A stretch of DNA of 64,000 nt. Source: an uncultured Alphaproteobacteria bacterium. Lineage in GTDB: Bacteria; Pseudomonadota; Alphaproteobacteria; Rhizobiales; Xanthobacteraceae. The stretch lies in contig CAVTNW010000013.1 of NCBI GenBank assembly GCA_963736075.1, forward strand, positions 57,913-121,912, given 5' to 3'. The translations under genes and the position numbers were made by a program. The notes under the pieces were generated by a model that had not been told where the DNA came from, did no database searches, and saw only the letters and a program-made list of their open reading frames with translations. Below, piece by piece: positions 1 to 8,901 of the stretch. Each line of letters begins with the position of its first letter. The stretch's first letter is position 1.

Positions 1-20
1 AAGACATCGAGCGGGTGTAG
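1..20 (+). CDS. 3' end of upstream ABC permease gene (LivH-like), partial
   Basis: Frame 3 reads DIERV then TAG at 18-20, 6 nt before the next permease start. An ...E(K/R)V C-terminus is typical of LivH-type permeases. Only 6 codons are visible. Confidence 0.3.
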
Positions 21-26
21 TCCATC

Positions 27-1100
27 ATGGCAGCTCCCTCGCAGATCCCGGCCGGCGACTTCCGCACCTCCTACGCGGCCGATACCACGATCTTTCCGAC
101 CGTGACCAGCCGCAACGCGGCCATCGCAGGCCTGGTGCTGATCTGTTTTGCGCCGCTGGTGCTGGCCGAATACTGGCTCAGCATCCTCATTCAAATCGGC
201 ATCTTTGCCATCGCAGCCCTTGGCCTGAACATTCTGGTCGGCTTCACGGGCCAGATTTCGATCGGCCACGCCGCGTTTTTCCTGTTCGGTGCCTTCACCT
301 CGGCCTATCTGTCGAACAATCTGCCGATCCCGGTATTCTTTGCCATCCCCTTGGCGGGCGTGGTGACGGCGCTGGTCGGGTTGATCTTTGGGGTGCCGGC
401 GGCACGGCTGAAGGGACTGTATCTCGTGATCGCGACGCTGGCGGCGCAATACATCCTGCTCGATTTCTTCTCGCGCGCCGACTGGTTCTCCGGCGGCTCG
501 GTGCCGGCCAGCGCCAATCCGTTCTCGATTCTGGGCTATGTCTTCCGCGGCGACCGGCAATATTTCTACGTCGTGTTGGCCTATGTCGTGCTCAGTTACC
601 TTTTGGTCACCAACCTGATGCGCAGCCGCGATGGCCGCGCGCTGGTGGCGATCCGCGACCACTACCTCTCCGCCGAGATCATGGGCATCAACCTGACGAA
701 ATACCGGACGCTCTCGTTCGGGCTGGCGGCCTTCTTTGCCGGCATCGCCGGGGCGCTTTACGCGCATTATCAGCTGGTGGTCTCCAATGAAGGGTTCGGG
801 ATCGAACGTTCGATCCTGTTTCTGGCCATGATCATTATCGGAGGCACCGGCTCGATCATGGGCACGCTGATGGGCACCGCCTTCGTGGTGCTGCTGCCGG
901 AGTCCATGGAGTGGATCAGCGCCGGCCTGAAAGGAAGCGCCATCGACAAGGCGCTGTCACTCAACAACAACATCACGTTCCTGCGAGAGATCGCGATCGG
1001 GCTGATCATCATCGCTTTCCTGATGTTCGAGCCGGACGGGCTGGCGCATCGCTGGCGGCAGATCAAGACCTACTGGAAACTCTACCCGTTTTCGCATTGA
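27..1100 (+). CDS. branched-chain amino acid-type ABC transporter permease (LivM family)
   Basis: 357-aa multi-TM ORF with ATG at 27. LivM-like motifs GQISIGHAAFFLFGAF and IIGGTGSIMG. Sits between a LivH-like stop and a binding-protein gene. Confidence 0.9.
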   Translation: MAAPSQIPAGDFRTSYAADTTIFPTVTSRNAAIAGLVLICFAPLVLAEYWLSILIQIGIFAIAALGLNILVGFTGQISIGHAAFFLFGAFTSAYLSNNLPIPVFFAIPLAGVVTALVGLIFGVPAARLKGLYLVIATLAAQYILLDFFSRADWFSGGSVPASANPFSILGYVFRGDRQYFYVVLAYVVLSYLLVTNLMRSRDGRALVAIRDHYLSAEIMGINLTKYRTLSFGLAAFFAGIAGALYAHYQLVVSNEGFGIERSILFLAMIIIGGTGSIMGTLMGTAFVVLLPESMEWISAGLKGSAIDKALSLNNNITFLREIAIGLIIIAFLMFEPDGLAHRWRQIKTYWKLYPFSH

Positions 1101-1153
1101 GGTTGGAACAAGACGGGCTACAATTGCTCCCAACAACCAAACGGAGGAAACAA

Positions 1154-2437
1154 ATGACGATAAAATCGCTGTTGAGTACGGTTTCGCTGACGCTGCTGAT
1201 CGGCGGCGTGGCAACGGCAACGCAGGCGCAGATCGCCATCGGCCATCTCGCGGATTATTCCGGCGGCACCTCGGACGTCGGCACGCCGTTTGGACAGGGC
1301 GTGGCGGATACCTTCGCCTGGGTCAACAAGAACGGCGGCATCGGCGGCAAGCAGCTCAACGTCGATACCAACGACTACGGTTATCAGGTGCCGCGCGCCA
1401 TCGCGCTGTACAAGAAATGGTCCGCCCCCGACGGCAAGGTCGCCGCCATCGTGGGCTGGGGCACCGCCGATACCGAGGCGCTGACCGGCTTTCTGGCGCA
1501 GGACAAGATCCCGGATATCTCCGGTTCCTACGCCGCGGCGCTGACCGATCCCGAGGGCACTAGCGGCAAGGCCAAGCCCGCGCCCTATAATTTCTTCTAC
1601 GGCCCCAGCTATTCCGACGCGTTACGCGCCGAATTGACCTGGGCGGCCGAAGACTGGAAAGCCAAGGGCAAACCGGGAAAACCGAAATTCGTGCATATGG
1701 GCGCCAACCATCCCTATCCCAACGCGCCAAAGGCCGCCGGCGAGGCGATCGCCACCGAACTCGGATTCGAAGTGCTGCCGCCCTTGGTTTTCGCGTTGGC
1801 GCCGGGTGACTACAGCGCCCAGTGCCTGAGCCTGAAGAGTTCTGGCGCCAATTACGCCTATCTCGGCAACACGGCGGCCTCCAACATCTCGGTCATGAAA
1901 GCCTGCAAGAGCGCCGGCGTCGACGTTCAGTTCCTGAGCAACGTGTGGGGCATGGATGAGAACGCGGCCAAGGCGGCGGGCGACGCCGCCGACGGCGTGA
2001 TCTTCCCGCTGCGCACCGCGGTCGGCTGGGGCGGCAACGCGCCGGGCATGAAGACCGTGATGGCGATCTCAGGGATGTCCGATCCGAGCGGCAAGGTCTA
2101 TCGGCCGGTGCACTATATCGCAGCGGTCTGCACCGCGCTGTACATGAAGGAAGCCATCGACTGGGCCGCCAACAATGGCGGCGCGACCGGCGAGAACGTC
2201 GCCAAAGGCTTCTATCAGAAGAAGGATTGGGTTCCGGCCGGCATGGAGGGCGTTTGCAATCCATCGACCTGGACCGAGAAGGACCACCGCGGCACCCTCA
2301 AGGTCGATCTCTACCGTGCCAGGATTTCCGGCCCGACCGATGGCGATCTCAACGATCTGATCGCCAAGGGCATCATCAAGCTGGAGAAGGTTAAGACGGT
2401 AGATCTGCCGCGTAAGCCGGAATGGTTTGGATGGTGA
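1154..2437 (+). CDS. ABC transporter periplasmic substrate-binding protein (Leu/Ile/Val-binding-protein family)
   Basis: ATG 1154 is preceded by GGAGG (1143-1147). Signal peptide MTIKSLLSTVSLTLLIGGVATATQAQ. The ORF-track start at 911 overlaps the permease and was rejected. Confidence 0.85.
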   Translation: MTIKSLLSTVSLTLLIGGVATATQAQIAIGHLADYSGGTSDVGTPFGQGVADTFAWVNKNGGIGGKQLNVDTNDYGYQVPRAIALYKKWSAPDGKVAAIVGWGTADTEALTGFLAQDKIPDISGSYAAALTDPEGTSGKAKPAPYNFFYGPSYSDALRAELTWAAEDWKAKGKPGKPKFVHMGANHPYPNAPKAAGEAIATELGFEVLPPLVFALAPGDYSAQCLSLKSSGANYAYLGNTAASNISVMKACKSAGVDVQFLSNVWGMDENAAKAAGDAADGVIFPLRTAVGWGGNAPGMKTVMAISGMSDPSGKVYRPVHYIAAVCTALYMKEAIDWAANNGGATGENVAKGFYQKKDWVPAGMEGVCNPSTWTEKDHRGTLKVDLYRARISGPTDGDLNDLIAKGIIKLEKVKTVDLPRKPEWFGW

Positions 2438-2494
2438 TTGCCAGATTACGGCATGATCCGTCAGGCTGACTCTCCGGACGATCCCACACTCAAT

Positions 2495-2604
2495 CGTCAT
2501 CCCCGCGAAAGCGACGCGGAGCGGGGATCCAGTACGCCGCGGCTTCTCGATCGGTCACAGGCGCCTCTGGAATACTGGATCACCCGCTTTCGCGGGTGAT
2601 GACG
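2495..2604. repeat. REP/MITE-like nested inverted-repeat element in intergenic spacer
   Basis: CGTCATCCCCGCGAAAGCG (2495-2513) pairs with CGCTTTCGCGGGTGATGACG (2585-2604). Inner GGGGATCCAGTA (2523-2534) pairs with TACTGGATCACCC (2573-2585). It resembles the palindromic intergenic repeats common in Bradyrhizobiaceae genomes. Confidence 0.5.
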
Positions 2605-2649
2605 GCGGAGAGCGCGATTGCGCCGGGCAGAAAAGGACGACAGATCTCC

Positions 2650-3492
2650 ATGGCTGCCGAATCAGAAACACGTCTCGCCGCGCCGGGCGGCATTGCCGCG
2701 CCCACCCCGCTGCTCAGCGTGCGCAACATCGAGGTGGTCTATGACGACGTCATCCTGGTGCTGCGGGGCTTGAGCCTCGAGGTACCGCAAGGCGCGATCG
2801 TCGCGCTGCTCGGCGCCAACGGCGCCGGCAAATCGACGACCCTGAAAGCCATTTCCGGACTGCTCAGGACCGAGGACGGCGAAGTCACCCGCGGCGAGAT
2901 CCTGTTCAACGGGGCGCGCATCGATGGCATCGATCCCGACCAGATCGTTCGGCGCGGCATCTTTCAGGTAATGGAAGGCCGCCGCATCATCGCCGACATG
3001 ACGTCGCTCGAAAACCTGCGGCTTGGGGCCTTTACCCGTAGCGACCGCCAGGTCGGCGCCGACATCGAGATGGTCTACGAGTACTTCCCGCGCCTGAAGG
3101 AGCGCACGGGGCTTGCCGGCTATCTCTCCGGCGGCGAACAGCAGATGCTGGCGATCGGCCGCGCCCTGATGGCACGCCCGAGGATGATCCTGATGGACGA
3201 GCCGTCGATGGGATTGTCGCCTTTGCTGGTCAAGGAAGTCTTCGCGATCATCCGCCAGATCAACCGCGACCTCGGCGTCACCATTCTGTTGGTTGAACAG
3301 AATGCCCGGGCCGCGCTCTCGGTCGCCAGCCACGGCTACATCATGGAACAGGGCAAGGTCGTACTTGAGGGCAGCGCTGACGCGCTGCGAGACAATGAGG
3401 ACGTCAAGGAATTTTATCTCGGCGGCGCAGGCGACCAGCGCAAGAGTTTCAAGAATCTGAAGAGTTTTAGACGCCGGAAACGGTGGCTATGA
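2650..3492 (+). CDS. ABC transporter ATP-binding protein (LivF-like)
   Basis: Walker A GANGAGKST, signature LSGGEQQML, Walker B ILMDEPS. ATG 2650 was chosen because the ORF-track start 2596 lies inside the repeat element. Confidence 0.85.
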   Translation: MAAESETRLAAPGGIAAPTPLLSVRNIEVVYDDVILVLRGLSLEVPQGAIVALLGANGAGKSTTLKAISGLLRTEDGEVTRGEILFNGARIDGIDPDQIVRRGIFQVMEGRRIIADMTSLENLRLGAFTRSDRQVGADIEMVYEYFPRLKERTGLAGYLSGGEQQMLAIGRALMARPRMILMDEPSMGLSPLLVKEVFAIIRQINRDLGVTILLVEQNARAALSVASHGYIMEQGKVVLEGSADALRDNEDVKEFYLGGAGDQRKSFKNLKSFRRRKRWL

Positions 3493-3528
3493 GCCCACTC
3501 TGCCCTCGTCGCCATTCCCCGATGCGGC

Positions 3529-4683
3529 TCAGCCCAGCACCCGCTCGGCTTCCGTGACGGCGGAAAGCACGTGATATAGCGAGGACGCCGGAATCGTCGC
3601 CACCAGCGAGCGGCCATCGCGATCGAATTGATCGTACCAGCCGCCGGCGACGGGATGCCGGAGATAGTGCCGTTCGAGCCGCGACAGCGCCGCGCGCGCT
3701 TCCTCGGCGGCTCCGGCTTCGCCTGACTCGGCTTGCGCGATCCAGGCCTTGACGATTTCAGTCTGCGGCCACAACCGCCGGCTATGCCTTCTGACCTGGC
3801 CTGAGGCGTCCCCCTGATCGACCAGGCACAGTGTTGCCTCATCGCGATAGCGCAGGGCTGCCGCCAGCAGTTCGGCGCGGTGCCGTCCGGTCGGACACCT
3901 GGTAATTCGTTCAAACCCTCGCAAAAGCCAAACCCACTCGGCCTGATGACCAGGCTCGACGCAGACCGGCTCGATGTTCGACCAGTCTTCCTCGAAATAT
4001 TCGCCAAGCACATGTTTCTGCTTGTCATACAGATTGGCCATGAACAGCGCGAAGAATTCTCCGGCGCGCTGTTGAAACGCCAGGTCGTGGGTCGCATCGA
4101 ACGCTGCGATCATGGCTTCGAACAGATGCATCTGCGGATTTTGCCGCCGCGGCATCGAGGCCGGAAAACCCTCCAGGAAGCCGCCGTGCGGCGAGCGCAG
4201 CCGGCTATCCAGGAACGACAGCAGTTCGTCGATTTCGGCGCGAACCTGCGCATCGCGGTCCAGCGCGTAGAGGCTCGCCAACGCCAAAAGCACAAAGGCG
4301 TGGTCATAGGTATCGCGCAGCGGATGCAGGACAGTGCCGTCAGGCGAAAGCGTATGGACAAAACCGGGCTGGCCGTCGGGGCCCTTGGCCTTGGCCAGGA
4401 GATAGTCGAGCCCCGTGCGCGCGATCTCACGGCCCTCGGGAAACCAGCCGATCCGCGCTGCCGTGGCGAAGCAGAAGATCTGCCGGGCCTGAACCATGAC
4501 CCGCCTGGGTGCGGCGCGATCGCCACGGCCTTGCGGATCGAGCCGATCGACAAAGCCGCCAAAGACCGGATCCCAGCCTTCGCGCGACCACAGTGGCAGC
4601 GAGTGGTCGATCATCAGGGTCTTCAGAACCGCGATGATATCATCCGGTCGATCGGCCGTGGCCGCAGGATCTGTTTTAGCCAT
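3529..4683 (-). CDS. AGE-family epimerase/isomerase (N-acylglucosamine 2-epimerase-like)
   Basis: 384-aa ORF starting at ATG 4683. AGE-like (alpha/alpha)6 motifs WDPVFGGFVDRLD and EPGHQAEWVWLL. Confidence 0.7.
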   Translation of the reverse strand: MAKTDPAATADRPDDIIAVLKTLMIDHSLPLWSREGWDPVFGGFVDRLDPQGRGDRAAPRRVMVQARQIFCFATAARIGWFPEGREIARTGLDYLLAKAKGPDGQPGFVHTLSPDGTVLHPLRDTYDHAFVLLALASLYALDRDAQVRAEIDELLSFLDSRLRSPHGGFLEGFPASMPRRQNPQMHLFEAMIAAFDATHDLAFQQRAGEFFALFMANLYDKQKHVLGEYFEEDWSNIEPVCVEPGHQAEWVWLLRGFERITRCPTGRHRAELLAAALRYRDEATLCLVDQGDASGQVRRHSRRLWPQTEIVKAWIAQAESGEAGAAEEARAALSRLERHYLRHPVAGGWYDQFDRDGRSLVATIPASSLYHVLSAVTEAERVLG

Positions 4684-4829
4684 TGTGTTTCCTGGAGGAT
4701 GCGCAGCATCATCAACTGCGTCTGGCAGGGCCGTCTGATATCATGCCAAAGGGGGTTGGTCCTATCACCACAGAGGACGATCGCTCCCTTGAACGCGCCG
4801 GCGATCAGCCCGGCCAAGCAGGATCTGCC

Positions 4830-6062
4830 ATGACCGACCACTACGATGCCCGCGAAACTCGCGCGCCCGCGACGCGCGAGGCGGATCTGTTCTCGCGGCT
4901 GCCGGACCTGCTGGCGCGGGCGATGGCCGCCCCCACCTATGCCGAACGCCTCAAGCACATCGATCCCGCCACCGTCACCAGCCGGACGGCGCTGGCGCGC
5001 CTGCCGCTGCTGCACAAGTCCGATCTTTCTGCCCTGCACAAGTCCGCGCCGCCATTCGGCGGCCTCTTCAGCGGGCCTCCTGGCTCGTTTGGCCGGCTGT
5101 TTACGTCGCCGGGTCCGATTTTCGAGCCGGAGCCAGCCCATGCCGACCCGTGGCGCGGAGCGCGGGCGCTGTTCGCGGCGGGATTCCGGCGCGGCGACGT
5201 GGTGCTGAACACCTTCAGTTATCACCTCACCCCCGGCGGCTTCATATTCGATACCTCGGCGCGCGCGCTCGGATGCGCGGTGATCCCGGCGGGTCCCGGC
5301 AACACCGATGCCCAGTTCGAGCTGATCGAGGCCTATCGCCCGGTCGGCTATAGCGGTACCCCGGATTTCCTCAAGATCCTGCTCGACGCCGCTGACAGCA
5401 AAGGGCGCGACCTCTCTTCGATCAAGCGCGCGCTGGTATCGGGTGCCGCCTTTCCGAAATCGCTGCAGGAAGAGATCAAATCGCGCGGCATTGACGCCTA
5501 CCAAGCCTATGGTACCGCCGATCTCGGCCTCATTGCCTTTGAAACCCTGGCTCGCGAGGGCATGGTGGTCAACGAGGACCTGATCTTCGAAATCGTGCGG
5601 CCCGGCAGCGGCGATCCCGCAGCCGAGGGCGAGGTCGGCGAGATCGTCGTCACCTCACTCGACCCCGATCATCCCTGGATTCGCCTCGCGCTCGGCGACC
5701 TGACCGCCGCCCTGCCCGGCGCGAGCCCGTGCGGCCGCACCAACATGCGCATCAAAGGCTGGATGGGCCGCGCCGACCAGACCACCAAGGTCAAGGGCAT
5801 GTTCGTGCGGCCCGAGCAGATCGCAGAGATCGCCAGGCGCCACCCCCAACTGGGGCGGCTGCGCCTGGTGGTGGGGCGCGAGGGCGAAACCGATGTCATG
5901 ACGCTATGGGCGGAATGCGCGGCACCGAATGAGGCCCTTCGCAGCGAGATGGTGGCCACGCTGCGCGCGGTGACAAAACTTCAAGGCGCCGTCGAACTGG
6001 TGCCGCCGGGGAGCCTCGCCAATGACGGCAAGGTGATCGTGGACGAGCGCAAGCCGGACTGA
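4830..6062 (+). CDS. phenylacetate-CoA ligase-like adenylate-forming enzyme (PaaK family)
   Basis: Starts at ATG 4830 (MTDHYDARETR...). PaaK-like features include GYSGTPDFL and a C-terminal KGWMGRADQTTKVKG. This family commonly accompanies Liv-type ABC operons in this clade. Confidence 0.7.
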   Translation: MTDHYDARETRAPATREADLFSRLPDLLARAMAAPTYAERLKHIDPATVTSRTALARLPLLHKSDLSALHKSAPPFGGLFSGPPGSFGRLFTSPGPIFEPEPAHADPWRGARALFAAGFRRGDVVLNTFSYHLTPGGFIFDTSARALGCAVIPAGPGNTDAQFELIEAYRPVGYSGTPDFLKILLDAADSKGRDLSSIKRALVSGAAFPKSLQEEIKSRGIDAYQAYGTADLGLIAFETLAREGMVVNEDLIFEIVRPGSGDPAAEGEVGEIVVTSLDPDHPWIRLALGDLTAALPGASPCGRTNMRIKGWMGRADQTTKVKGMFVRPEQIAEIARRHPQLGRLRLVVGREGETDVMTLWAECAAPNEALRSEMVATLRAVTKLQGAVELVPPGSLANDGKVIVDERKPD

Positions 6063-6070
6063 TCGGGCTG

Positions 6071-7183
6071 TCAGCGACCGCCAGCCTGAAAGGCCTGCAC
6101 CAGAGCGATGACCTGGTCCAGCTGCTCCCGTGTGATCTCGGCAAACATCGGTAACGACAGGATGGTGCTTTGCTGGCGATAGGCGTTGGGAAATTGTTCG
6201 GGACGATGATCGAGCCGGCTGTAGGCGGCGAGAAAAGGCAGGGCTGTCGGGTAGTTGACCGCGGTCTGCACCCCGTTGGCACCCAGATGCGCCGCCAACG
6301 CGTCACGTCGCGGATGCTTGATCGTATAGAGATGGTAGACGTGGCTGCGGCCGGCCCCGACCAAGGGGATCACGACTTCCTCGATCTGATTGAGGCCTGC
6401 ATCGTAGATCTTCGCGGCCGACTGGCGCGCCGCCGTCCACTTCGCCAGGTGAGGCAGTTTGGCCGACAGGATCGCCGCCTGCAGGCCGTCGAGCCGGCTG
6501 TTGATGCCCTCGATCTGATGCTGGTGCTTGGTGATACCGCCATGGCGAGCTAGCATGGTGATGCGCTCGGCCAGCGAGCTGTCGTTGGTGACGACAGCGC
6601 CGGCATCGCCCATCGCGCCCAGATTCTTGCCCGGATAAAACGAATAGGTCGCAGCCGCGCCGAAGGTGCCGACCTGCCGTCCCTTGTAACGCGCCAGATG
6701 GGCCTGCGCGCAATCTTCGACCACCCAGAGCTTGTGCCTGGCCGCGATCGCCATGATCGCGTCCATGTTGGCCGGCTGGCCGTAGAGATGAACCGGAATA
6801 ATGCCGACCGTCCGCGGCGTGATCGCCGCCTCGATCCCAACAGGGTCGATCGTGAAGGTGTCGGCGTCGGTGTCGCAGAACACGACATTGGCGCCGGCAT
6901 GAGTGATCATGGCCGAGGTACTGATCCACGAATGCGCCGTGGTGATCACTTCATCGCCGGGCTTTACCCCCAGCGCCGCCATTGCCAGGTAAAGCGCGTC
7001 GGTGCCGTTGGCGCAGGAGATGCAGTGTTTGATCTCCACCGCGGCGGCAAACTCCCGTTCGAACGCATCGACAAAGGGCCCGCGAATGAATGCGCTATCG
7101 CGAATCACGGCTGATATCGCTTCATCGATCTCGGCCTTGATGGACTGATATTGAAGCTGCAGATCCGCTGAAGGTACCGGCAT
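6071..7183 (-). CDS. DegT/DnrJ/EryC1/StrS-family sugar aminotransferase (WbpE/GnnB-like)
   Basis: Starts at ATG 7183 (MPVPSADLQLQY...). The Arg/Gly-rich 62-codon extension in the ORF track was rejected. PLP sugar-aminotransferase motifs SFYPGKNLGAMGDAG and CANGTDALYLA. Confidence 0.85.
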   Translation of the reverse strand: MPVPSADLQLQYQSIKAEIDEAISAVIRDSAFIRGPFVDAFEREFAAAVEIKHCISCANGTDALYLAMAALGVKPGDEVITTAHSWISTSAMITHAGANVVFCDTDADTFTIDPVGIEAAITPRTVGIIPVHLYGQPANMDAIMAIAARHKLWVVEDCAQAHLARYKGRQVGTFGAAATYSFYPGKNLGAMGDAGAVVTNDSSLAERITMLARHGGITKHQHQIEGINSRLDGLQAAILSAKLPHLAKWTAARQSAAKIYDAGLNQIEEVVIPLVGAGRSHVYHLYTIKHPRRDALAAHLGANGVQTAVNYPTALPFLAAYSRLDHRPEQFPNAYRQQSTILSLPMFAEITREQLDQVIALVQAFQAGGR

Positions 7184-7194
7184 CGATGGTCTTT

Positions 7195-7683
7195 CTATGA
7201 TCGCGAGGCAAGCCGGCGCGCCGGATTTCCCGCATAGGTGCCGGCCGCGGTGATGTCTCCCGTCACGACCGCGCCCGCGCCGATGACCACGTCGTCGACG
7301 ATGCGCACCGGCAGAATGGTGGCATTGGAACCGATCGAAACCCGGTTGCCGATCACGGTCTTGCCCCACAATTCCTTGCGTCCGCCGGCAGGGCCGCCGG
7401 TCGCAAAGGTGTCGTTGATGAACATCACGCCATGGCCGACAAAACAGTCGTCGCCGATTGTCACCAGTTCGCAGATGAAGGAATGCGACTGCACCCGGGT
7501 GCGGGCACCGATCATCGCGCCCTTTTGAATTTCCGTGAAAGGCCCAATGAAACAGTCATCGCCGATTTTGCAGCCGTAGAGATTGCACGGTTCGATCACC
7601 CTCACCCGAGCGCCGAATTCGACGTCTCGCAGGCTGACATGGTCGACATCGGGCTTATTCACGGCGTCACCCCGAGCCGGCAC
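7195..7683 (-). CDS. left-handed beta-helix (hexapeptide-repeat) sugar N-acetyltransferase (WbpD-like)
   Basis: Hexapeptide repeats (IGDDCFIGPFTEI, IGARTRV, IGSNATI, IGAGAVV). An alternative GTG start at 7662 forms a GTGA overlap with the upstream stop (7659-7661). Confidence 0.75.
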   Translation of the reverse strand: MPARGDAVNKPDVDHVSLRDVEFGARVRVIEPCNLYGCKIGDDCFIGPFTEIQKGAMIGARTRVQSHSFICELVTIGDDCFVGHGVMFINDTFATGGPAGGRKELWGKTVIGNRVSIGSNATILPVRIVDDVVIGAGAVVTGDITAAGTYAGNPARRLASRS

Positions 7684-8720
7684 AGGCGCGGAGTGAAGTG
7701 CAGGGGAACTTCCAGGCCCGTCTCGATCAATTCATACAGCGCGGAAATCAGTTCGAGGCTTTTGCGGCCTTCAAGTCCATCCACCAGCGCGGCGTGCTGG
7801 TGCACCAGACAATCGATCACATGCTGATAATACGCCTGATGGCCGAAGCCATAGACGTTCGGCGGGTTGACGGAAAACTTCTCCCGCACTTCCTTGTCGC
7901 TTGGAAGCTCGTCGACGAAGTTCCAGTGCCTGATCTCGTTGACCGCGAAGCCCGCGATTTCCACCATGCCCTTTTCTCCGAGGACCGACAGCGACCCCTC
8001 GACATCCCTCGGGCGCGCCGCCGTCGTCGCCTCGATGATGCCGAGCGCGCCGTTGCGAAATTTCAGGGTTGCCACCGCAGTATCCTCGGCTTCGATCCTC
8101 GCCAGTGCCGTGATGGCGCGGGCATGAACGCTGACGACGTCGCCGAAGAACCACTCCAGCATATCGACATGGTGGCTGGCCTGGTTGGAGAGCACGCCGC
8201 CATCATAGGCCCAGGTGCCGCGCCAGTCATCCTGATCGTAATAGGCCTGGTCCCGGCACCAGCGCACCCGAACGGTGCCGAGAATGAGACGGCCGAACCG
8301 GCCGGCTTCAAGAGCCTCGCGCGCCTTGACGACCGGAACGTTGAAGCGGTTCTGCTTGACCACGAACAGCTTGACGCCGGCCAGATCGCAGGCGCGCATC
8401 ATGTCGTCGGCATCCCCGAGCCGCAGCGCCATCGGCTTTTCGACCACGACGTGCTTGCCGGCCCGCGCGCAGGCAATGACGTGCTGCGGGTGCATGCCGC
8501 TCGGGGTCAGGACCGCGACGGCGTCGATGTCCTTGCGGGCCAGGAAATCGCCGATGTCGTCATGCGCGGCAACGCCGTATTTCGAGGCGATGGCATCGGC
8601 GCGCGAGCGGATGGGATCGCAGACCGCCGTGAGCCTAGCCCCGTCGATGTGGTTGCCGCCGAGCAAATCGGAATGCCGCTTCGCGATGCGCCCGCAGCCG
8701 AGCAGCCCAAATCTGATCAT
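7659..8720 (-). CDS. Gfo/Idh/MocA-family NAD-dependent sugar oxidoreductase (WbpB/GnnA-like)
   Basis: N-terminal Rossmann motif MIRFGLLGCGRIAKRH. 353 aa. Forms a trio with the acetyltransferase and DegT aminotransferase downstream. Confidence 0.8.
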   Translation of the reverse strand: MIRFGLLGCGRIAKRHSDLLGGNHIDGARLTAVCDPIRSRADAIASKYGVAAHDDIGDFLARKDIDAVAVLTPSGMHPQHVIACARAGKHVVVEKPMALRLGDADDMMRACDLAGVKLFVVKQNRFNVPVVKAREALEAGRFGRLILGTVRVRWCRDQAYYDQDDWRGTWAYDGGVLSNQASHHVDMLEWFFGDVVSVHARAITALARIEAEDTAVATLKFRNGALGIIEATTAARPRDVEGSLSVLGEKGMVEIAGFAVNEIRHWNFVDELPSDKEVREKFSVNPPNVYGFGHQAYYQHVIDCLVHQHAALVDGLEGRKSLELISALYELIETGLEVPLHFTPRLCRLGVTP

Positions 8721-8795
8721 CGGCGTCTTTCTTGTTGAACCATAAATAGGCTGTGAACGCGTGAGCTGGGCTCAAAGGCTTGCTGCGGTCGGATC

Positions 8796-8830
8796 GTGAC
8801 AGCCGTTCTATATTGAACAAAGGCTGTGCA
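8796..8830. promoter_or_regulatory. imperfect inverted repeat around an AT-rich core, upstream of the wbpB-like operon
   Basis: ACAGCCGTTC-tatatt-GAACAAAGGCTGT. A further direct copy TTGAAC-N7-AGGCTGTG lies at 8735-8755. The site is in the 180-bp gap between the glycosyltransferase stop and the oxidoreductase start. Confidence 0.25.
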
Positions 8831-8901
8831 AATCAAGGCGCATCCGGCATTTACCATCCGGTCGAGGTGCAATCCAGTTCGCTCCTGTCGGTGTGACGCC
8901 A

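Noticed and set aside
911-1153. 5' extension of the binding-protein ORF
   Set aside because: It overlaps the LivM-like gene in another frame. A proper ATG with a GGAGG ribosome-binding site and a signal peptide starts at 1154. Similar over-extensions were trimmed at 2596, 4683, 7369, 11102, 27787, 34422, 36405, 38674, 42284, 48577, 53415 and 57064.
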